Shown: positions 1 through 11,843 of the stretch, in pieces
How positions within the stretch are numbered: position 1 is the first letter of the stretch
Layout: each line of letters starts with the position of its first letter
Assembly (NCBI RefSeq): GCF_001194135.2
Contig: NC_068997.1
Location: 523,813-569,483 of the forward strand
DNA length: 45,671 bases
Reading direction: 5' to 3'
DNA from: Octopus bimaculoides
Lineage: Eukaryota
Translations under genes and position numbers: made by a program
The notes under the pieces: generated by a model
The model's database searches: none
Told to the model about the DNA's origin: nothing
The model's input: only the letters and a program-made list of their open reading frames with translations

Positions 1-243
1 GTCTTTCAGTATGATGTCTGGCCTATTTGCGTCTATCTTTCTGTCAGTTTGAATGGTGAAGTTCCAGAGGAGTGCAATGTGATCATTTTCAAGTACTGGG
101 AGTGGTTTGTGTTCCCACCAGTTTTTATCATGGGGCAAGTCCAGGTTTTTGCATATTACCCAGTGAATATATTGTGCAGCTCTATCATGCCTGTTGAGAT
201 ACTCTGTAGGCGCAAGCAGACTGCACATGGAGACAACACGATC
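1..243 (-). mobile_element. 5'-truncated R4/Dong-clade non-LTR retrotransposon: C-terminal zinc-knuckle to restriction-like endonuclease segment, running off the window edge
   Basis: Stop-free minus frame 243->1 reads DRVVSMCSLLAPTEYLNRHDRAAQYIHWVICKNLDLPHDKNWWEHKPLPVLENDHIALLWNFTIQTDRKIDANRPDIILKD. The C..LA..EY..RHD, VLEN, LLWxFxIQTDR and NRPDI motifs are typical of RLE LINEs of the R4/Dong group. Confidence 0.85.
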
Positions 244-244
244 G

Positions 245-273
245 ATTATTATTATTATTATTATTGTTATTAA

Positions 274-343
<70 letters not shown>
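245..343. repeat. (ATT)n/(TAA)n microsatellite
   Basis: Direct reading; abuts the truncated 5' end of the RLE LINE. Confidence 0.97.
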
Positions 344-346
<3 letters not shown>

Positions 347-992
347 AATATCATCATCTTCCTCATTATTGTTTTCACTATTTACCAGTTGTATTTACTG
401 ACCTCTGTCGACTTAATTATCAGTTTTTATGTGTTGTTATTTCCCTCTTCCATCCACCCCCACCATGGTATTTCTAGGAAATTCTTGGGAGGGTTATTAC
501 ATCTATTAATCATCTGTGGACTGAGGCAGTAAAATCAAACAGCTTTGAAAAATGGCTTGCCAGTCGCCTCTTGAGAACATCTGGTCTATCGGAAGGATAC
601 CACCGTTTACTAATTAATCTTGAAAAGAACAACAATCGTATCGATGTATTCTGCCAATACAAACTAATCTTTTCCGAAAAATCTTTGCAGAACCAACTCT
701 TTCCTTCCCCACCCCAACATATAAATCATTTTATATCAACGTAAGTACATACACTAAAATACAATATTTTTATTCATACAAGAGTATATTTGCATATAAG
801 TACGTATAAATAAATGCTGACACCTATATACGCACACATTCATACATACACAGATACACGCACACACACACACACAGATGTGTATATATTAAAGATAAGC
901 ATTACCTTTCAGTTCCCACATTAAAGTAGATAAAGAAGCATCATACATTTTCCTTCTATAATTAAAGGTAGATAAATGGTTATTATATCTTT

Positions 993-994
<2 letters not shown>

Positions 995-1085
<91 letters not shown>
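995..1085. repeat. (AC)n microsatellite
   Basis: Direct reading. Confidence 0.97.
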
Positions 1086-1086
<1 letters not shown>

Positions 1087-1124
1087 CATTACCACGAGTT
1101 CTTCACTACATTACAGCAGCCATA

Positions 1125-1250
1125 CAATTTGGATCAGTTAACTTTCTAGACGTGATCCTAGACTTAATAAACTTGATAAACCCTATGAAAAGAAAATGAA
1201 AATGAAAAAATAACCTATATATAAACATTCTAACCATACGAAAACGTATA
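1125..1250 (+). mobile_element. Highly decayed Penelope-like reverse transcriptase remnant
   Basis: Frames give SVNFLDVILDL and, after a frameshift, IYKHSNHT, resembling the Penelope RT motifs VNFLDVTLDL and YIHKxSNHP. Confidence 0.45.
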
Positions 1251-1559
1251 GTTAATACAGCAAAAACTATGTAGTAAGCTGCATCTTTTATTCATCAGTG
1301 CACGTATGGTTGAGATACATAAAGAATAAACAAAAAATCAACATACCCTGATGTACCCAACACAGTACGATGACTTCTGTTTATCCCTATATATCCGTGA
1401 AAGAGGCGGGCTTTTTCAAAATGCATCTCGGTAACACGTGCTTTAACAGAATAATATTCAGCACTGAATATATTCTAATAAATTCTTATAAATTCTTATA
1501 TAAATTCTTAGATAAATTCTTATAAAGATTTTATCCTATATTATATTATAAATAATTAG

Positions 1560-2244
1560 AAGTAGCACTCCTTTACGATTGACCAATGTTGGGCACTTTA
1601 CTGCAAATGTTAGTGTAATGCATTCAATTGACAATACTTCTCTGTATTAACTGTTTTAACTTCTTGATAAACAACAGCCTTCATATTTCACTAGACACAA
1701 AGTATATCTTTTCCAAGTCCTGGTTTGGAGATGGATTTTGCTGTTTTATTTAGTGCTAATCAATGTCATTTTCGTTGGATATGATTATAGTGAATCCACT
1801 TTTCATCACTTGTAATAATTCCACCCATGAAAGGTACGGTAGCAAAATAATTTTTAATGACAAGCAGAGTGCATCTCTTTGTGAAATGAATATATGATGA
1901 GGAATCCACTGACGAAGTTCAGACACTTTTCCATCTTCATGAAGGTAAAAATGATCGAAGTGTAACTTGAACTGTTTTGCTAATCCTCATGCAGTTTGCC
2001 TCAGATTTTCCTCTGCTGCAGTCTTCAGAAGCTCAATATTGACAGAACTTGGTCGTTTAGATCGAGACGAATCTGCAAATAGAAAAAAATTCCCGAGATG
2101 CTTAAACCATCGTTGACATGTCCAGACACTTATAGCTTCATTTCCATGGATAAAACGAATTTTTCATGCCGCTTGCATTGCTGAAGGGCCAGTTTTGAAT
2201 TCATACAGCATGCAATGTCTGATATGGATCTGGTGTGAATTCAT
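1560..2244 (-). pseudogene. Decayed mariner transposase (HTH region through start of DDD domain)
   Basis: Minus strand from ATG at 2244: MNSHQIHIRHCMLYEFKTG...TCQRWFKH...RSKRPS...ENLRQTA*GLAKQF...GKVSELRQWIPH (WVPHEL-like)...ITSDEKWIHY (first D)...CPTLVNRKGVLL; several stops and frameshifts. Confidence 0.85.
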
Positions 2245-2754
2245 TTTAAAGGGGTAAAATCGATATAAATTTAATCATTACAGTATAAAGTAATCTGCGA
2301 AGAAAGATAATATCACATTAGACAGTAAATGTTAATGTTTATTTCACCGTAAGTATTAAAAACGTACTCTTAAAGTGATCAGAAACGCGACAGATAAAAG
2401 TTCTTGGACGTGAATAGCAAAACTATATTAATTAATCATACAAAAAAGAAAAAGTCAGATGGTAACATCTTTTATACATTTATTTATATATTTATTTTTA
2501 CATTTATTCATTCGTTCATGTTCAGATATTAAAAAAATGGATTTTCCACAGAAAACGATACAATACTGCTTATGTTGTTTTTTGTGTAGTCTAGACAATT
2601 ACTCAGATTACAAGATCAGCAGTTTTCTGTTTCCTTAGGAAAACTTAGATCTTTTTTATATCTGTAATAAATAAATAAAAAAGAAAAGATATCTCTACTT
2701 TTTGACATATTTTCCTACCGATATTAATATACATACGCTCTTTCTCTCTAACAC

Positions 2755-2950
2755 ACGCGCATACACACACACACACACATATACATACTCACACACACAT
2801 ACAACACACATTAAAAGATAAATGAGAAAGAGTAAGAGAGAGAGAAAGAGGGAAAGAGAGAGAGAAAGAGTAAGAGAGAGAGAAAGAGGGAAAGAGAGAG
2901 GGAGAAAGAGGAAGAGAGAGAGAGAGAGGGAGAAAGAGAGTGAGAGGAGA
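2755..2950. repeat. Compound (CA)n plus (GA)-rich microsatellite
   Basis: Direct reading. Confidence 0.9.
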
Positions 2951-3369
2951 TTAGAGAAAGGCTAAATGGAAAATAACAGATTGGATCTAGTTAAATTGCT
3001 TCACAGAATCTGCATTGTTTTTAAGGAAGTTGAAAATCGGTTATAGTGATGTAGTTTTCCACTCTTATTACTGTGAATCCATGATCTTGTGGAGAAAGAA
3101 AACATTTGAGGAAAAAGTTAAAGAGATTTTAAAATTGAAAAAACTGTGTATTTTTAGCCAAGAGTGAGCCAGCGGTGTCAGTTTTAAGGTTGTACCCTGT
3201 GAAATTTATAGTTTAGCGTCTGTGAAATGACCAGTTACCCATGTTTACTTTATGCGTATTTCAGTATTATGTATACTTGTCATGTACATCATTAATATAT
3301 AAGTGCATGTGGATGTATGTATTCATATATAAGTTTGTATGTACATGTGAATCGATTTAACTAGATCCC

Positions 3370-3690
3370 ACACACAAAGCACACATACAAACAACATACA
3401 TACAGGCACACTCATACACACACACATATACACATGCACACATACACACACACGAACGCACATATATACCCACACACATGCACCCAACACACACGCAACA
3501 GGCATACGTGCACATACATATACGCACGCATACACACATGCACACACACACACACGCACGCACACACACGCACACACGCACACACACGCACACACACACG
3601 CACACGCACACACGAAGGCACATATGCCTCCTCACACACAACACCCACACATACATGCACACATACATACGCACACAACACACACGCGTG
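3370..3690. repeat. Degenerate (CA)n/(CACG)n microsatellite field
   Basis: Direct reading; source of the poly-HT and poly-VC ORFs. Confidence 0.9.
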
Positions 3691-3964
3691 CGCGTGCTGT
3701 GGCACAGACGCAGGTGAAGCGAAACCCAACGTGCGGCTGTCATGGTAACAAGCTGTCTCTCTACAACTGTCTTGACTCATCTCTGTTTTACCTCCAAGGG
3801 AATTCAAACTGGAAATATTTTTCCCCATGAAGTATTCTGGGTTGCATTTAGACTTCTCTGAGGAAATTTCATAAAGACTTGTTCTGAAATGGCGACGTCG
3901 TTTTACGACAAATATCGAAGCTTATACATACACACCCACCCATATATATATATATATATGTATA

Positions 3965-4206
3965 TAGACCGGACTATCAGATGTTGTTCTACAACACTTG
4001 GTGTCACAATGTACTTTGTTGTAGCTTTCGAATGGTGTAACTCCGCTGGCTAGGCGGACAGGCCAATTCCTTCAGAACGGAACCCCAGTACGTCGCAGCT
4101 GAATGGACTAGAGCAACGCGAAGCAAAAGTTTTGCTCTAGAACACAACGCACTGCCGGTCTGGGAATCGAAACCACGATTTTGCTAACTGCAAGGCCACA
4201 CGCCTT
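3965..4206 (-). mobile_element. tRNA-derived SINE, family C (same family as 17071-17363)
   Basis: Reverse complement shows a B-box-like GGTTTCGATTCC and a body similar to 17071-17363. Confidence 0.7.
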
Positions 4207-4230
4207 CACATATACATGCAAACAAACACG

Positions 4231-4264
<34 letters not shown>

Positions 4265-5129
4265 GTAGAAGAATAACCAGTACTGCCCGGGAAATAAAGC
4301 TCTCAGTTGTTTGCTTATTACTTATACAAAATAATTTCAAACATATTATTTACAACAGTGATACAAATTTTGTTACTTCTTAAAATCTCTAACCTCTAAT
4401 TGCCTTATAAACTCCATCTTTGGGTTCACAGACAGGATCGGATGTCTCATCTTTCTACTCTTACACTCCATGGAAGTCATGATGTAAAATACTTAGTTGA
4501 AAGATGCTGAATCCGTGGAATAGAAACTGCAGGCAGGTCACACTAGTCGCATTGTTTTTGGTGGCTATTTTTCATTAAGTTCATTATGATACCTTGCTGT
4601 ACCCACTAGTCTAGCATTTATATTTGTTAAAAATAAGCATTCAAACTTTAGGCTGTATCGAACTGGTTTAATCTTTGTTTATTTTAGTCTGAATTATCAA
4701 ATACGAAAACAAATACTACGAGATTATATCTTGATACTGTAAGGATAGAATTATAATTAAGAAAATCAAATTCACCTTAAAAATTTTCAACGAATTTATA
4801 CAAACAATTTCTCATCATGAGAAATAGAGGTGAATATAGATCGAAAGCAGGCGAAAGATGAGCGGTTAATAAATTCGAATAGTAAGCAAACTATAAGGTT
4901 AGTTAATAGTATTGGTTGCGAACTGCTAGAGAGTTGGAGATATTTCTTTCAAAAGGTGTAAATGTAAAAAATAAGCAGGGCATGTACAAATGAAATGTCA
5001 CTCAAGTTTGGCTCGCATTTTTTCCTGCACGCCGATAATTCCGCAATCCGCCCAGTGCATATCATAACGAAGCTGTGATGTTGCTTACTTGCTCTATGCT
5101 TTTTCTTGATGGGGATGGGGGTCATTCTA

Positions 5130-5430
5130 AGTTGGTGGTCCCAGTGGCTTCATTGTGCGTAGAGCCAATCAGGTCGAATAGTGCCCAATCATTGGCAGCC
5201 CTGTGCCAGCCCCTCTGCATCCTCCAAAATGACGTCAAATCTCTGAAAATCTTCCTAAACCACATCCAGTAATCTGGTACGGGGCTCGCAGCTGTTGTGT
5301 CGAATGAGTAAGGCCCTAGTAAGATGATATGACGGGAGGCGAAAGACATATCCATACCAGCACATGTGGCGGATAGCTATGCAGTGGGAGGCTGCAGGCT
5401 GATGTGTGCGTGTATGCAGTTCTTTGTTGG
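5130..5430 (-). mobile_element. Decayed RTE-like LINE, C-terminal post-RT segment
   Basis: Minus frame VSNKELHTRTHQPAASHCIAIRHMCWYGYVFRLPSYHLTRALL...PRTRLLDVV*EDFQRFDVILEDAEGLAQ resembles the WYGHVLRL...PRTRW-D motif region of RTE-type LINEs. Confidence 0.65.
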
Positions 5431-5469
5431 AAACATGATGGTATCATCTGATGTTCTCGATGGTTCTCA

Positions 5470-5756
5470 GGACTCCACTATCGAAGCTGTGAGTGAATTT
5501 GGTAGACGGAAACTGAAAGAAACACTTCATATATATTTGTGTGTTTGTGTCTGTGTTTGTCCCCACCACCAACGTTTGACAACCAATGTCGGTGTGTTTA
5601 CGTTGCTGTAACTTAGAAGTTCGGCAAAAGAGTCCGATAGAATAAGTACCAAGTTTACAAAGACTAAGTCCAGGGTTCGATTTCTTTGACTAAAAGTTGG
5701 TGCTCCAGCATGGCCACAGGCAAAATGACTGAAACACGTAAAAGAATAAAAGAATA
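5470..5756 (+). mobile_element. SINE family B, 3' portion
   Basis: Body and tail (GATAGAATAAGTACC...ATGACTGAAAC...AAAAGAATAAAAGAATA) shared with 38391-38835 and 43789-44211. Confidence 0.8.
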
Positions 5757-6239
5757 CGCATATATTATGCACAAACATGGATATATCTTTAATCTTTTTA
5801 TCTTTTATATCTCACTTGTTTCAGTTCGTTAGCTGTGGCCAAGCTGGGGCACCTCCACATGCGAATCTGCATAAACACATAGGCAAATAGATATTCTTAC
5901 CACAAGGCTCAACCCGTGTTCTTATGTGGGCTCCCATTGTACGTCCCAATGACGCTAAGAGTTGTGCCAGCGGAGCACAAGCTTCTGGTGGGTCTATTTA
6001 TGCTGAACTGGTCAAAGATAGAGGCTAGACTAATATGGATCACCACTTAACACAGGTGAAATAGGTTTGCGTAGGGCCAAAACCCGTATCTAGAAAAGGC
6101 AAAGTTATAGAGGAATGGATGACAATTCAAAACCAACAAAATCTTTAAGAGGACAACCTTCCCTCTGGGAAACATAACGCGGTATAGCAAAATCCGAAAG
6201 GAAGACGCTTGGTCTACTCGCCCTCTGACTCTCTTTTAA

Positions 6240-6330
6240 CGTACGTATGTACGTTAAAAGACATACATACATACAGACAGACAGACAGATAGATAGACAG
6301 ACGTACATACAGATAGATAGATAAATGCAT

Positions 6331-6361
<31 letters not shown>

Positions 6362-6645
6362 GACATACATACATAAATGCATACATACATACATACATAC
6401 ATACATACAATTAAATAGATAGATAGATTAGATAGATACCTACATACACATATACATACATACGTACGTATGTACGTTAAAAGACATACATACATATGGA
6501 TAGATAGATAGATACATACATACATACATACATACAGACAGACAGACAGACAGACAGACAAATAGATAGACATACATACATATATACATACATACATACA
6601 TACATACATGCATACATGCATGTATGCATATATGTATGTATGCTC
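6240..6645. repeat. Compound (TACA)n/(TAGA)n/(CAGA)n tetranucleotide microsatellite
   Basis: Direct reading; lies at the 3' end of the adjacent LINE. Confidence 0.92.
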
Positions 6646-6649
6646 ACTT

Positions 6650-8545
6650 ACATTTTCTTTTGTTAACTTCAGATCAGGAGCTGCGGCCATGCTGGCTACA
6701 CTTTCACTACTCGAAACTTCCTCTGATATGTAGAATTTGGTGAATGGTTTTGATATTGTTGCCTCCAATTTCAGTTCCTACAGCGAGGTAGATTCATCCA
6801 GAGCTCTTGACAGGAGGAGATCCAATTTTGATTTGAAAATACCTAAATCTGACCCACATACGCCTCTGAGGCTTTTTGAGAGGATATTGAAGAGCTGTGG
6901 GACCTTGAAACTCAAGCCGTGGCAATATCTGTTCTTGTATCCTGATGGTAATGTTGGGATCTGTAGCACTATGAAATGGTGCCTCGTACTGCTGTTTGTA
7001 TAACTTTCAATGACAATGTTTGATACAAGATCTTCCAGAATTTTTTAAAATATATATCACAACATATGTCTCGGATTAGAATCTTAACTTTTTCAGCCTT
7101 TCCCAGCAGGTCACATGTCGCATTGAGACAATCTTCTTTGTGCAGCTTCGCTGGATTGCTTTGAGTTCCATCGTTAATTTTACACTGTGTGGTGACCATT
7201 TTGGGGAGCAGTATTCTAAACGGCTGAAGACAAATCTCACCCAGATCATGATTTCGTGTTCTCTCGTTCTGAAAGATCTAAGGATCAATCCGGCCAGCCA
7301 TCTGCATTTTTTTGCCAACTCAGTGATATGTGTTATTGCCTCAGCCCACCTGTATATTGCGTTCAACTCTTGTTGCAGGTGCGCAATATGTCCAGGGCTC
7401 TGTTATCCTCTGAAAGATTTTTGTATCGTCTGCAAAGCTGGCAAGGGTAACTATTTGAACAGCTGAGTTCATGTCTGAGGGGGCCACTGTGAATAGCAGT
7501 GGCCGCAAGACCGTGCCCTGTGGGACACCGCTCATTATTTGCGTCTCATTGGAGGTAGTCCCGTTAGCTACTACTAATTGATTTCTATCTTTTAGAAAGT
7601 CGTGTAGCCACTCTCCAAGTTTTCCGACTATGTCAAGATCACGTAGCTTCTAACATATCATACTATGGCCGAATTTATCAAAGGCTTTTGCAAAGTCGAG
7701 ATACATCGCATCAACATTTAAGTTGTTGAGAAGGTTCGTAGTGTTGTAAGAACCATGTCAGGCAGCTTCTACGGAGTGGATAACATGCTGGGTGTTAACC
7801 TGTAAGTCAGTCTCTTCAAGGAACGCAATTAATTTCCTTCCGACTATTCGTTCCATGACTGCTGATGCGTGAGACCATTGAGATAGGTCTATAATTTTTA
7901 GCATCTGCTCTGCTTCCTCTTTTTTGGATAGGAGGTCTTATTCTCTCCTTCAATGTACCTGGGAGCTTACCACTTGCAAGGAAGCTCTGATAAAGAAGCT
8001 GCAGTGGTTTTGCAAGGGCTCGTTTGCATGATTTGAGAAGGCTTGCTGGAAATCCTTCAGAGCCAGCAGCTAAGTTTGCGTCTATCTCATTTATGGTCAG
8101 TATTACATCTTTGATGTCGATGTAAGCAATTGTTACTGCCTCGCTTTTTACATATGTAGTGGTAAAGAACTCTACTGGTTTACTGACTTGCATGTGCTGT
8201 AAAGGTGGAGTGAAGACACTTTTGAATTGTTCATTCAGTGTCTTACTTATCCTCATTGGCTTTCCCGTGAGGGAACCATGTTTTTGGAGAAGTGCCCCTA
8301 TTCTGCAAAGCACAGAGGCAGTTTTTTTGGAATACTTAAAGAATGCTTTAAGGCTTGATTTAATTTTTCTATTATCTAGGCTTCTTTGTCTACTCTCTCT
8401 TTTTCATAAGATTTCAAATTTTTCTCAGTCTTCGGCAGTATTGTTTTCAGACGGGATTTTTCACTGCCGTACGCTGTCATATAGGGACTTCCTCTCCACA
8501 AAAAATTTGTTCTTAAGTACAGTGGCCTTTCTCTCTGAGACAAAT
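6650..8545 (-). mobile_element. Decayed CR1-like LINE, RT domain and 3' end (5'-truncated)
   Basis: Minus ORF pieces: NEQFKSVF...KNYRPIS; YLDFAKAFDK region; SGVPQGTVLRPLLF...FADDTKI; SRLEYCSPKWSP; PQLFNIL...FKSKLD. Many stops and frameshifts. Confidence 0.92.
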
Positions 8546-9915
8546 ATGTAGAATATGGCTTGCATTATGGACATGAATGTGCACACACACACATAGATAT
8601 ATGTATGCATATATATATATATATATATATATATNNNNNNNNNNNNNNNNNNNNNNNNNNNNNNNNNNNNNNNNNNNNNNNNNNNNNNNNNNNNNNNNNN
8701 NNNNNNNNNNNNNNNNNNNNNNNNNNNNNNNNNNNNNNNNNNNNNNNNNNNNNNNNNNNNNNNNNNNNNNNNNNNNNNNNNNNNNNNNNNNNNNNNNNNN
8801 NNNNNNNNNNNNNNNTATATATATATGCATATATATATGCGCGCGCGTGTGTGTGTGTGTGTGTATATGCATATCTATTTATGTATACATGTGTTTATAT
8901 ATGAAAATGAATATATGTGTATATATATTTATGTACACATATATGTGCACATACACACACATATACATGCACATACATGCGTATATATATATATATTTAT
9001 TTATTTATTTATATAAGTATGTGTGTTTGTATATATGTATGTGTGAGTGTGTGTGTATGTATATGTATATATGTATATACGTACACATACACACACTGAC
9101 ACACACACACACACATACACACACATACATCGCACACTCGCAAAAACATACAAACGACTGCTTTCCCCATTAAAAGAAAACATCAAACAAGTTAAGAATC
9201 AAGTAATTTGAAGAAACAAACAATTCCATGAGAATATTCCTTGTTTTAGACAGACTGGGAATAAACGTCCCTTTCATCTGCTAAAGAGGGAGACAAAAAT
9301 TAGAAGAAAAAGAAAAAAGAGAAAAACTGAAGCAACTGCTGAGTTCATGTACAGATGCATGAGTATCTGCATCCAGAAATGGAATAACCTATACGTGCAC
9401 ATATATACATATGCATGTGCCTCTGTGTGTGTTTGCGCGCGCGCATGGTGGGGGGTGTGTGTGTGTGTGTGTGAAATGGAAATAAATATACACAAATATG
9501 GAATTGCATGTTTCCTTGATGAGAAAAAATTATAGAGAGGAGAATTTTAATAATCATAACAATATTTGGTATCGTCATCATCACCACCACCACCACCACC
9601 ACCACCACCACCACCACCACAACAACAACAACAACAACAACAACAATAGTAGCAACAACAACGCCAGCATCACAACATCAACAACAATAATGATAATAAT
9701 AACGTAGTTATATTATAATCTCTCAAATACATCTTTTCTTCGTCTTATTTATCTAATAAATGTAGCAATATCAAACATGTATTTGCTGATCAGCAGACTC
9801 CTGTAGACTTCTCACTTTCTTGTTAGGTTCTAAGAGAAGCGTTGTTGCGCTTCTTTCTTATGAAATCGTAAAGTGAAATAAATGCCAACGTATAAATGTT
9901 TCTTTTCATCAATAG

Positions 9916-9951
9916 ATGGCTGTGTCTATTGACACAGGACTACAGAGTCTG
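9916..9951 (+). other. Candidate 36-nt symmetric microexon
   Basis: tttcttttcatcaatag acceptor and CTG/gtaaga donor in unique sequence; open in phase 0 (MAVSIDTGLQSL) and phase 2 (WLCLLTQDYRV). Splice signals only. Confidence 0.3.
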
Positions 9952-10139
9952 GTAAGATTGAATTTACAATCTGATTTCCAGGTTCTTCGACTTCTTTTCT
10001 CCTGCTAATTTGTAACGGAAAGGCTAGGCAATGCCCGTGGTCTTTTGTGGTCCGACGGTCTGTTGAGATCTTCAGTTCATCTGAATGAAGAACTTAAGTA
10101 GGGTTAAAATTCAATGGGTTATAGCTGTGGGTAATAATC

Positions 10140-10349
10140 TTTTCTTCTATGGACACAGCGCCTGAAATTTGATGGGTAAATCGATCACATTGACTCCAGT
10201 ATTCAACTGGTACTTATTTTATCGACCCCGAAAAGATGAAAGGCAGAGTCGACTTCGGCGGAATTTGAACGCAGAACGTAAAGACGGACGAAATGCTGCT
10301 AAGCATTTTGCCCGGCGTGCTAACGATTCTGCCAAAAACTCACCGCCTT
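10140..10349 (-). mobile_element. SINE family A
   Basis: Reverse complement matches 29065-29292 (GGCAGAATCGTTAGCACG...GTTCAAATTCC...AATAAGTACCAG). Confidence 0.9.
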
Positions 10350-10549
10350 GTAACTATGAGTAGTAATGAACGACCTAAGTAAGACTTTAGAGTAGGATCA
10401 GAGAATGAAGTATAGTACAAACGATGAAAAGAAGAGAGAGAGATAATATTAGTAGTAACGATGGCGCTACCGGTATGCAGCTTCCTGGTAGAATCTACAG
10501 GGGTTGGACAAAATAATGAAAACACATTAAAATTTCAAAAAAAATTATT

Positions 10550-11843
10550 TTAATATGGGGTAGGACCGCTTTGGCAGTAATTACGGCTTTATTTTACGAG
10601 GTATGCATTCGTGCAAAGTTTGAATTGTTTCCAAAGGAATTTTTGTCCATTCTTCAGCTAAAACAGTCTCCCATACTTGTAGTGATGATGGTGGAGGATA
10701 TCGACTCCTTACTTGTTTTTCTAAAATGCACCATAAATGTTCAATAATACTGAGATCTGGGGACTGTGGTGGCCAGATAAGACGTTCAGCCTCCCTAGAA
10801 TGTTTCTCGTGCCATTCAGTAACAACTTTATGCGGCAAGCTAGCAGAAACGTTAGCACACCGGGCTAAATGCTGAGCAGTATTTCGTCTGCCGTTACGTT
10901 CCGAGTTCAAATTCCGCCGAGGTCGACTTTGCCTTTCATCCTTTCGGGGTCGATAAATTAAGTACCAGTTATGCACAGGGGTCAATGGAATCGATTTAAT
11001 CCCTTTGTCTGTCCTTGTTTGTCCCCTCTATGTTTAGCCCCCTGTGGGCAAAAAAAAAAAAAAAGTAACATCTTTAACTGTGAATTGGTGCATTATCAGT
11101 TGGTATCGTCATCATCAACATCACCACCACCACCACCACCACCACCAACAGTTCCGCAAGCATAAGATGAATTTGATCAGATAAAATGCTTAAATAGTCT
11201 TGACTATTAATTTTGCCATGAAGGGAAACCATTGGGCCGACGGATTTCCAAGATATAGCCCCCCAGATCATTACAGATCTTCCTCCATGTTTAACAGTTG
11301 GAAGAAGGCAGTCTGGGTCAAATGTTTCTTTTGGCTGTCTCCACACATATACTCGGCCGGTGGTTGGAAATAAGGTAAGAGATGAGTCGTCCGAGAAAAT
11401 ATCATTCTTCCTCTACTCTAGGGCCCAATTCTGTAGGTTTTTACCCCACTCTAAATGATTTGCAGCGTTTGTTTTTGAAAGTAGTGGTTTTCTGATTGCA
11501 GCCCTCCCGTGAAATCCGGCTTTATGCAGCTCCCGCGAACAGTTTTTGTGGAAACTGGGTTCTCGAGGAGGTCATTAAGCTCTGCAGTAATTTTGAGAGC
11601 TGTACTTTTGAGATCCTTTCTAACAATTCGCGTAAGAGTCTGACGGTCCCTATCTGAAAGCTTTGTTTTTCATCCAGAGTTTTGTTTCAACGAGGAGGTT
11701 TTTCCCTCTTTCTCAAAGTCTGTCATTACTTTCGAGACAGTACTTCTTGATACACCAAACATTTCGGCTGTTTGCCTTATGCTAGCGCCTGCCATACGAG
11801 CATCAACAATTTGACCTCTTTGAAAGTACGATAGATCTGTCAT
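10550..11843 (-). pseudogene. Tc1-like transposase pseudogene (apparent DD36E)
   Basis: MTDLSYFQRGQIVDAR...IFSDDSS...TVKHGGRSVMIWG...DNAPIH...WPPQSPDLSIIEHLW...GGPTPY*; interrupted by stops, frameshifts, a (GGT)n tract and a SINE. Confidence 0.9.
10831..11063 (+). mobile_element. SINE family A inserted in the Tc1 transposase, with A-tail and 13-bp TSD
   Basis: TSD AGTAACAACTTTA (10818-10830) and AGTAACATCTTTA (11064-11076), one mismatch. Confidence 0.92.

Noticed and set aside
194-532. Poly-Ile ORF, and all similar poly-VC, poly-HT, poly-ER, poly-SL, poly-N and poly-D ORFs
   Set aside because: Translations of microsatellites with no coding evidence.
6232-6261. 13-bp stem palindrome CTTTTAACGTAC...GTACGTTAAAAG
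   Set aside because: Built from self-complementary ACGT/GTAC words at the edge of a tetranucleotide microsatellite, and half of it is duplicated at 6463.
8513-9173. Long ORFs spanning N runs (also near 15.3, 16.0, 24.5, 26.0 and 39.1 kb)
   Set aside because: Length comes from assembly gaps translated as X.
10169-10363. Recurrent peptide WYLFYRPRKDERQSRLRRNL (also 10581, 29034, 39789) as a gene family
   Set aside because: It is the antisense translation of SINE family A.
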